From Nemertoderma westbladi (Eukaryota > Animalia > Xenacoelomorpha): a DNA stretch of 64,000 nt. The notes under the pieces were generated by a model. It saw only the letters and a program-made list of their open reading frames with translations. It was not told the origin of the DNA and did no database searches. The DNA lies in NCBI GenBank assembly GCA_032718475.1, contig JAUCBJ010002899.1:1-64000 (forward strand). Direction: 5' to 3'. The translations under genes were made by a program, and so were the position numbers. This document shows, piece by piece, positions 12,083 to 20,779 of the stretch; the stretch's first letter is position 1; each line of letters starts with the position of its first letter.

Positions 12083-12836
12083 TGTTGGACGCAACTCACT
12101 TCGTATGCATTCCTCGTATGCAAATACAAGGAAATGCATAGGAGCGGGGTTGTGGTGATTTGCGTTGAGTTTTGTCTAGTGGGTATCAAAAACAAAATTT
12201 TATTTCAAAATTTTTGGAAAATTAAAATTTTAAAATTAGAAGTGAACCCAAGACAATTCCAGACGCTGTGTATAGACGCGTTTTAGAATTCGTCTATAGA
12301 TAACAGTAATTTGAAAAGTCGTGAAGCCTGGAAAATAGCATTTAGAAACCATGGTGACGGCTATATTACGTAGGAGTGTAAATTGAGTTTAGCAACTTCC
12401 ACAGATTGGTGCCAACAGTGCAACTATGGTGCTAAAGGTTAGTAGCACCAGAGGCGTACATGGACCCCACTCAGTAGTTTGCAGGATGTGTGATATTCGA
12501 TTATCAAACCTGTGGGTTTGGTATAGTCGAGTATTGTGGCTATGGTCCTTTCTAACTACTGTAGTTTAGTACGAGTAATGGGAGTAGTTTGGGCATCAAA
12601 AAGTGAGTTGGTCACGGCCAGTTTATCTCCAAAGTTTTTGCGCTATGCATGGGAATAGGTTAGAGGATAGTTAGTTAGGAAGAGACGGGATCTAGAGAGT
12701 CGAACCTGAACTGCTGGAAGGCGGGGGGGTTCGGGAGGTCTGTCTTTCGGCGACATCTAACTGATTTACCCACAGTGTAATTGGTTACGTAACGGCACTT
12801 ATTGGGATATATATATATGTATATACGCGTAACATA

Positions 12837-13604
12837 ATGGAGAGGGATATTAGAGCGCAACCGCGCAGAGGATTTACTGCCAGAGAGGAGGCGGAGCTAC
12901 CATTCGCGCGACCAGGATGTAAAGACTCTAACGTTTACTACCATGGGCGGTCCGTGATGGAGCTAAATGGGAAATACAAGCCGACTTATGATAAGGAATT
13001 ACGGAGGGAAAGAATGAGAACGTTGGGGGACCGGATGGAAGTTTTGCGGAGAGAGTATCGCACGCGGTATCCCTACGACTTCGCTTTGGACGTGTGTGAC
13101 ATCAGCGCAGATCCGGATGAGGAAATCGCACGACTATACCATATGAATATGTATTTACGACACGAGGAGCCGCTACCTGCAGTCCGAGATCAGTTCGACG
13201 GAATGCATCTATACCGGAGGACTCGAGGCGAGGATCAGGAGACGCCGAAAGTCTTCAGCGTATACAAGCTCTTCTACAAGTGTGGTGAATGCATGAATAA
13301 ACAGGACGTGGCGATTCCCGACCGATTAGACGAGCAACATCCAGAACCGATATTAACGCGATGTCCAGCTCACCAATTCCTTAGATATAACGAGGGAGGT
13401 TACCCGATGAGCAACCCGATGATCAGTATCGACTTCAGCGGAAAGCGACCTCCGAGACCCATTACGCCGACCGTTACGACATTAGATCCGTATACGGAGA
13501 TTAAACCCTGTTCGACACCCAGTTTGATAGAGACGGCAGCGGCCATTTCGCTGTACCGAGCCTATAAGGATCTAGAGGCGCGGCGCGAAGCGGCACGGGA
13601 CTAG
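12837..13604 (+). CDS. Accessory frame segment 1, unknown function (255 aa)
   Basis: ATG-initiated ORF inside the element, in the same frame as the next two ORFs and separated from the next by one TAG. Confidence 0.6.
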   Translation: MERDIRAQPRRGFTAREEAELPFARPGCKDSNVYYHGRSVMELNGKYKPTYDKELRRERMRTLGDRMEVLRREYRTRYPYDFALDVCDISADPDEEIARLYHMNMYLRHEEPLPAVRDQFDGMHLYRRTRGEDQETPKVFSVYKLFYKCGECMNKQDVAIPDRLDEQHPEPILTRCPAHQFLRYNEGGYPMSNPMISIDFSGKRPPRPITPTVTTLDPYTEIKPCSTPSLIETAAAISLYRAYKDLEARREAARD

Positions 13605-15917
13605 GGTACCAAACCCGCGGGTTTGGAGCTCTCGAGTCCCTGGACTGCGTTTACTTCACCTCACCGAGCGAGAAGCCTCACGCCTGAGCATCAGGACGAC
13701 ATAGACGCGTTGCGGCAGGAGGAGCGAGCGGCGAAGGCGAAAGAGTTATTTGAGAATAGAATAGCGGAGTATAATAAGACCGCGGATAGACATCAAGAGG
13801 AGACGAGGAGAGTGACCGGATTTGTTCCACAGGTCGTATCTCAACCCCGACCGGTGTATTATTCCGACGGCACCGAACCTGCGATATTAGTAGATCATCC
13901 GGAGTCGCGAGAAGCGATACGATTCTTGCCGATGGTAAGAATGGCGGACCATTGGAACGTTGACTGTCTACGGGAAGTTTTATGCGCGAAGTTCTTGCGT
14001 GATGTCCCAATGCAGATCACAGATTACGACACATTGGATAAGATTGGAGCTCCGGGGAAGGAGAGTAAACTATTCGGATGGTTGGATAAGTACATCAAGG
14101 TATGGGTCGCGGTGGCTACATTCCCAGACGACGAGGAGGTAGACCAGACGTGGCTGAGGAGGAAGGGTTCTTATACCCGATATGATGACCACAAGGCTAT
14201 CGAGCGCATGTGGACCCCATCAGACGAGATTCAGCGTCAGTGGAGGAAGACGGAGGAATCACTGCAGGATTGGAGGGTGATGTTCTACGACAATGAAGGA
14301 GGGTCCCATCAGGAATGTTTGACTAGCAAGTGTATTCAAATTCGTGCGGCCGATGGTGTGACTCATGTGTTTATGCGTGTGAGGGCGGATCGAGAGAGAC
14401 CGGAGCCCATCATAACGACACAATATCGGAAAGGGAAGGATCCTAGGGAACAGATTTTGGAGCTATGCAGGCGAGGAGGTATGCACGGAGCGGAGCGTAT
14501 CGACGCCAGGATGTTACCCAAGAAAGTTAGAGAGGCTATTCTCAACCAAGATTACGTCAAGGTGGGATCGGGAGTCCAGAGCGATTTGGAGAGCGACTTC
14601 AACGCCATGACTGATCTGGAAGATAGATTGCCGAGACCGTTTGTCGACACCAAGCTATTGTTGCTATGGGCACAGGATATTGGAATTTATAGGGAGTATC
14701 CCAACTCTGCCAAGACTGGTATGGGCTTTATAGCACACTTATTGTATAATTGGGACTTTAAGTTAAAGACGCAAAAGAAGTACGAGGAGGCGTATGGCGA
14801 ATACAACACGCCACCGGGTGCGGAGTTCAAATCCCACTTCAAGCGGCAAGCGTTAGTGTATTGGAACATTTGCGCGCCACCCCGTGCGTCGGTGACGGTG
14901 ACTTGTTTATTAGCGGATATCGTTGCGCGAGTTTTGAAGCGTCATCCATTGGTATTCGGAGGAGATCAATACGTTCGCTCGAAAGGGGGAATCCAATCCG
15001 ACGTGATGAAGCGTTTCTTAACCCCGTTCTTCAACCAATCGTTAGAGAATACGTCGACGGTGAGGAGAGGATTAGCGATATTCGAAGGAGTATATCGACA
15101 GAACATCGGAGATTTGGGAGACCGACCGTCGATGGAATATCCGACGCCAGAAGCTTTGGAGAAGTGGTTCGGGAATCAAACCCGCGGGTTTGGTACTCCC
15201 TTCCACTCGGAGGCTGATAGACCTGTTAAGGAGGGCTGGCCGGAGACGTTAGTAGAGGTGTTCGGAGTAGATCTTCCGGTGGAGAAGACATATCCGAAAC
15301 GAACGCGGGAGGAAATATTGGAGATAGAGGACAAGGGCGAGGATGTTTACTTTGTTCCGGATCGACAACCGTTGACTGGAGAGGACGACATCGTATTAGA
15401 CATTGGGAAGGAAGGAAGTGCGAAACCGATTGGAGACCTCATATACGAGAGGGCCTGGTTTCCACAAGCGCGTAGGTGCAAATTGTGCGGCAGCACAAGG
15501 CACAATCTAAAATCGTGCGACGCGGTAGTAGAGGCGGCGCATAAGGTCTGTCGTTGGTGTAATGAGACCGACCATTCGTTTCATACGTGCACCGTCTTCA
15601 TTTCTCAATGTGGATATTGTGGGGTAAAGGGACATCGTAGCGCGAGATGTCAGCTGCGAGATGATTCCTTTCAAAACCATAGCGCTAACCTACTTCGGGA
15701 GATGTTAGATAAGTGGGAGAGTGTGGCTGATTACCATATTCAAGCGCAGATGCGTTGGTTACCATTTAAAGCGGGATATGGGTTTTGGGCGGTAGACCCA
15801 TCGCATGTTGCGTACGAGCCATATCTACAATCGCTACCACAATATCAGGAACTCATCCTAACTGCTCAAGACCTTCCACAGAACACTGGAGTTATCGTAG
15901 TCCGAGAATACTTCTGA
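13605..15917 (+). CDS. Accessory frame segment 2: DEDD (DnaQ-like, WRN/EXD-type) 3'-5' exonuclease-like domain plus 3 CCHC zinc knuckles
   Basis: ExoI-like VMFYDNEG (about 14277-14300), CIQI, LPKKVREAILNQDYVKVGSGVQSD, FVDT, GMGFIAHLLY. Knuckles CKLCGSTRHNLKSC, CRWCNETDHSFHTC and CGYCGVKGHRSARC at 15477-15650. Confidence 0.75.
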   Translation, partial: GTKPAGLELSSPWTAFTSPHRARSLTPEHQDDIDALRQEERAAKAKELFENRIAEYNKTADRHQEETRRVTGFVPQVVSQPRPVYYSDGTEPAILVDHPESREAIRFLPMVRMADHWNVDCLREVLCAKFLRDVPMQITDYDTLDKIGAPGKESKLFGWLDKYIKVWVAVATFPDDEEVDQTWLRRKGSYTRYDDHKAIERMWTPSDEIQRQWRKTEESLQDWRVMFYDNEGGSHQECLTSKCIQIRAADGVTHVFMRVRADRERPEPIITTQYRKGKDPREQILELCRRGGMHGAERIDARMLPKKVREAILNQDYVKVGSGVQSDLESDFNAMTDLEDRLPRPFVDTKLLLLWAQDIGIYREYPNSAKTGMGFIAHLLYNWDFKLKTQKKYEEAYGEYNTPPGAEFKSHFKRQALVYWNICAPPRASVTVTCLLADIVARVLKRHPLVFGGDQYVRSKGGIQSDVMKRFLTPFFNQSLENTSTVRRGLAIFEGVYRQNIGDLGDRPSMEYPTPEALEKWFGNQTRGFGTPFHSEADRPVKEGWPETLVEVFGVDLPVEKTYPKRTREEILEIEDKGEDVYFVPDRQPLTGEDDIVLDIGKEGSAKPIGDLIYERAWFPQARRCKLCGSTRHNLKSCDAVVEAAHKVCRWCNETDHSFHTCTVFISQCGYCGVKGHRSARCQLRDDSFQNHSANLLREMLDKWESVADYHIQAQMRWLPFKAGYGFWAVDPSHVAYEPYLQSLPQYQELILTAQDLPQNTGVIVVREYF

Positions 15918-16517
15918 CAATTGAATATGGACAACAAGTACACCTGGAACTTCGTTGCTATTTGCGATCGCATCACGAAGGGTGTATTTACAGAGACTAG
16001 AAAAGTGGTACGCGCGCGAGGTGATTGGAGGATGGCGGCTATACAATACCGCAACGAATTCTTGTTGACTCATGTGCCAGTGGGTTCATTGACCGCTGAG
16101 AGGATACAGGAACAGAGGATCGCAGCGACCACAGCGACGACCGCTGGAGCTCAAGGCTCGCGGAAAGAACCAGGAGGAGAGGTCCAAGACAAGCGTCAAG
16201 TCAAGGACGACCACTATCACTCTATTATAGAAGCGCAGCGGTTGCAGCGCAAGGCGCAGGGAGCGTCTGAAAAAGCGCATGTGCAACTGCATAAGGAAGA
16301 GTTGGCGGAAGCGACCACGGGAGCGCGACAATTGGGACGAGGCCGAGGAAGAAGCACAAGCCGGGAATCTGTCGGGGCTCAGGGAACGTCGTCGCCGGTT
16401 CCGGGGAGTGACGCCTCACGGACGCCGTCAACGGAGTCGACTAGAGGACGACTGGTGTATCTGGGAAGAGGGCGAAAGAGAGGAGCGACCCCAAAGAACC
16501 CAGGAGCGGGTCGATAA
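15918..16517 (+). CDS. Accessory frame segment 3, with a basic RG/S-rich disordered tail
   Basis: Same frame, after TGA-CAA-TTG. Contains GRGRGRS and GRGRKRG. Confidence 0.55.
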   Translation, partial: QLNMDNKYTWNFVAICDRITKGVFTETRKVVRARGDWRMAAIQYRNEFLLTHVPVGSLTAERIQEQRIAATTATTAGAQGSRKEPGGEVQDKRQVKDDHYHSIIEAQRLQRKAQGASEKAHVQLHKEELAEATTGARQLGRGRGRSTSRESVGAQGTSSPVPGSDASRTPSTESTRGRLVYLGRGRKRGATPKNPGAGR

Positions 16518-17003
16518 TACATTATAGCACAGGGCGACAGACTCTAGATATATACATCATCGTCGCTCTGATGTATATTGTAGCATTTAGAAATTTTCGA
16601 CTAGACTCATATACACTAGTTGAGTTATTTTGAATTTATATTATGAGAAAGGCGAAGGAAGTGATTGGGGAGACAAACCTGCGGGTTTGGCTTACTCCTT
16701 TCACTTGCCCTAGCAAAATTTTATATATTTGATTTGTATGTAGTAATCATTATGTAGTAAGAACGAACGAGAAACAATATTTTGTAAATTTAATTTGTAT
16801 GTAATAATCGTTAAACAATGAGAGAGATAATATTTTGTAAATTTAATTTGTATGCAATTCATTATGCAATATCTATAGCAATATTTGTAAATAGTAGGAT
16901 TTATAGTATCAAGTGTTTAGATTGGTTGGAAGAAATTTATTTTGTTTTGTATACATCACCTTATACTCTTCTACAATTGGAGGGAAACATTGTATGATTT
17001 CCC

Positions 17004-17012
17004 TTGGAGCGG
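17004..17012 (+). promoter_or_regulatory. Polypurine-tract-like motif of family A
   Basis: TTGGAGCGG immediately before the TGT LTR start; same GGAGCGG core as the family-B PPT. Confidence 0.65.
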
Positions 17013-19309
17013 TGTTACGGTATATGGCGCTGTATCCACATATATTATTCATTATGCAGTATGTAATATTAGTCGTTATGCAGTATGCAATATTAGTCCG
17101 TTATACTGTATGTAATATTAGTCCGTTGTGCAGCATAATATTTTAGATAAGGCATAATAACGCAGTGGTATTTAGATAGGGAAATCGAAACACCCATATA
17201 TTTGAATCCATCCATTTTGTATAGTATGTAGCCCTACCTACGTAATTTTGTATTAGGATATGTAGATAGTTCCAGGGTAGCAAGTTTATTCGGACCCTGG
17301 ATTTTGTGCTTGCTGATATTAGCATCGATAGGGCTAGCATATAGGGACGCTGTCCTGGCCATTCAGCAGCCAGGGACGTGAACCATTACCATATATGGTA
17401 ATAATTTGAGGTTTGGGCAGGCAATAGGGCTACAATCCGGCCTCCTTATTGGACTAACTGCTTCCAGGTTGGTCTAATGCTAGCGCGGACTGGAGAGCCA
17501 ATAGGAGAGCGATTGAGTCACCCTATTGCATCACCCCATCCGGATCACCTATAAATTGGCGGTGTGCCGGTAGAGCCTATCAATCGATTCAATCTGTCCC
17601 TCACATGACCTGCACTGCTGTTGTACTTGCTGAGCTGTCTCTATTCATTTTTGACGGATAATTTAGCGTATTTTCTGCAATTTGCCAATTTTGATTAGTT
17701 TCTTGAAATGATTTGCTAGTGCGATTACTCTTGATTGTGTTTCTCAATTAATTCCTTCGATTACTGCTAATTACAACTGGAACTATGATTTCTACCTTTT
17801 GATTAATGGTTCTATGTGATTCCTTTCTGCGCAATAATCCTAAGGGATTTCTGAGACTGTCAGACTTTGTGATTTGCATGCGCCGCTACGGTAGCTATTA
17901 GCGTAATGGAGGGCTAAGGCGCCAGTGGGCGGTGGGCACATCGGGGGGTTAGCGACGAAGGGAGAGCGGAGGATTCAAAAGCGAGCAACGCTGGCGGGGG
18001 GTCACCGTTGCGGTCGGGAAGTTTACGCTGTGGTATGCAGACCAATCGCTGGTACAGTAATTAGGGGGCTGATGATCCAGGTTTCGTCTCTATTTAGTAT
18101 TAGGGGGGCAGGAATCAGGTTAGTTAGGAGTCCTATATGTACCCGGGAGAGGCCTGCACGTATCACAACGTTGAGTGTGGAGTACGAATAGTGAGTCGCA
18201 TAATTGTGGGCTATACAGTAGTTAACTGCATAATAGCGAACTGTGATTGCTGAGTCTGATTGGTGTGTTATTGAAGTGTGCCTATGATTGTGAATGTTTA
18301 GGTAGGCGCTCTTTTTCTCTTTGATTGATTTCTATTTCTTAGTTACAACAATTAGTTACTGATTAGGTCAAAGTAATACGGCAATTTAGGCTATTACTAG
18401 CGAAACCTGTTGCGTGATAAATTAGAATTACGTATTCTGGAACTCTTAGTAATTAGTACGCTGTTAAATATTTGTGACTGTAATTAATTAGTAAAAATTA
18501 AGAATTAGTACGCAGCATAGCGGAGAGTAGCTAAGGTAATAATTAGAGTACTGTAAACTATTCACGCTGAGCGGTTATTTGCATTAGCGGGCAATCAGCT
18601 AGATCGCACTATTCGGTACGCACGAAACGCTAGTAATTTGCTGGCCTAAAGCCAGCTGCAGGCAAGTTTAGACCCAGAGCGGTACTATCCACGAGAGACA
18701 AATACTGTACCATTTTGATATTTAAATATTCTCGCATTCACACATTACGTTAGAGAACCCCCAGTATTCGCGATTAGAAAAGACGTAGGTAATAGCGTGT
18801 TTTAATAGTGATAGAATTAGGCGTAAGAATACTCTGAGTGCAAGGCCTCTCGCACTCGTCTTAAGTAAGCTTAGGGAGCCGACTCGGGTTTATTGTTTTG
18901 GTTATTCCCGCGTGGCTCATAGATTCGAACAGTTAGCTCTCTATTGAGCAATCGGTAGAGAAAGGAACAAGCGATTTTGCAGGAGCTGTGTAAAATTAGT
19001 AAAATATATTAGCGGACGGCAGATTAGCGCAATCTAACGGTAAGTAGCGGTTTTGTATTTAGCAACCCTTACAATTTAGTAATATCACGCTCCTGATCCC
19101 CTTTACTTAACAGTAGAGCAGTCTTTGTGTCTTATTGGTTAGGCGAGAACTTATTAGGTTGGCAGAAGGATATTAACGGGTATTGGTCTGTTCAACAGTT
19201 CTGCTGTTAGTATAGAGGTCGCGGTTGTTTATCAACCTAGGTTACTTAGGCAGTAACCAAAACAATAAACAAACATCTATTGGTGCAATAAGACAGCCTA
19301 CCAGTAACA
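17013..19309 (+). repeat. Putative 3' LTR of family A (about 2.3 kb)
   Basis: TGTTAC...GTAACA inverted termini, preceded by the PPT. CCAAT near 17498, TATAAA near 17550, AATAAA at 19264. No second copy in the window to confirm it. Confidence 0.7.
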
Positions 19310-19714
19310 GAATCCAGACTTCAGTACCTTAGATACTGTCTAAACGTATGGGGGGGGGGGGGGGGCTAAGGGGAATACTGATGTATAACAAGTCGTATAA
19401 AGCCTTGAATGTACAATTGTACTGAACTGCAGTATCAATACAACACTCTAATAAGGCCTAAATAGGTTTCAATTTACCGCCAAAAGTTGGTGTGCAGCAT
19501 ATTATATTGCCTAGAAATGCTCCAACAGCTCACAGAACATCCCTAGTACTGCTCTACAAAACAAACAAGCCGTACATCTCAAAGGATAACCATGGCATAA
19601 ATATATGCCATGGAGCATTTAGTGATGGTATAGATATATGCCATGGGCTGGAAAGGGTTAAAATATCGGGTATGACCATGCGTTGGTATTCGTGTGTTGT
19701 AACGTTGAGAGTTT

Positions 19715-20500
19715 CTAATGCTCGTAGATGTCTAGTAATGAATTTGCATTACCAACTTTATAAGAACCTCTGTGTAAATACTCTATGTGGTGAGCTCTTA
19801 TTATGCGATTTTTGTTCCCATATTCATCTTTCAATAAATCTAAAGCTACAGAATAATTACCCGCAGCTACTGGTAAACCGGCAACAATAGCTTTTGGTAT
19901 AGGACTTAAACTTTGTACGAGATATTGAAATTTTAGAACATCCGGTAATGCTGATTCATGAATGGCAGCTACAAAGGCATCATACCACCCAAAATATTCT
20001 AAGGGATTGCCGTTGAAAATTGGTGGTTTTAATTTGCCTAGTACGGATCTGGCATATGCTTGAGAATTTCCAAAGGTTTGATTGCTATTTAGCATGGTAT
20101 TTGATGAGAATGTGTTACCTAATTGTATCGTGGATGTAGGATCTACATTAGTAGTTATTGGTCTACCACGTAAATTAGACAGTTGTAACTCAGAAATTAA
20201 GTTAGACAGTTTTACCTCATAATCTGAAGCAGTCTGTGAGCCTTGATCCACGAAATCCGTTGTGCTGAGTTCCCATATGTCTCCGTTGATTTTGTCTAAC
20301 TGGTCTCTGTCTCGTTCGAGTGTGTTGATGTGTGCTTTGCTGGCCACCTCGTCGAGTTTGATGATATCTTGACCATTAATCGTGATGTAAACCTTGGTTG
20401 CTGCGCCTCGTCACCTCGAACACCTCGTATTTTGCCTTGCAACTGTGTTGTATCCATTGCGTATCTTTGTGTTGAGTGATTATGAGTTTTTATCGGGCGC
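19715..20500 (-). mobile_element. Truncated gag (DUF1759-like) of a third BEL/Pao family with a tRNA-Lys-like PBS
   Basis: LKPPIFNGNPLEYFGWYDAF..LKFQYLVQSL..ALDLLKDEYG; TGGCGCCCGA on the - strand at about 20492-20501. Confidence 0.75.
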
Positions 20501-20779
20501 CATAATGCGTAAATTAGTTTGACCAAAGTCAAATGAGTTTGTCATAAAGACAGGAAGTTTCAAATAAACAAAACTATCTCACACAATGTTAAAAACCCTG
20601 AATATAACACGGGTGTACAAAATAACATACAAAATAATAACAACATCTATAGACCCGCACAGACTGATGTAGGTCTCTGTGATAACTCTACATTTAATAC
20701 TATGTTTAATAGTACAATAGCTCAGTAGTTGTACCCGCCCGTATGTTTAATAGTACTATAGCTCAGTAGTTGTACCCAC

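Larger units (their letters stand above)
3264..19309 (+). mobile_element. BEL/Pao LTR retrotransposon family A, near full length; its 5' LTR is not in the window
   Basis: Domain order gag-PR-RT-RH-IN, BEL-type Cys/His gag motifs, an accessory frame, a PPT and a TGTTAC...GTAACA LTR. Confidence 0.9.

Noticed and set aside
12837-16517. env gene in the usual third-ORF position
   Set aside because: No signal peptide, transmembrane segment or fusion-protein Cys pattern is visible; the motifs are nuclease-like and zinc-knuckle.
19350-19365. Poly-G runs (also about 55370-55383)
   Set aside because: Simple homopolymers with no supporting context.
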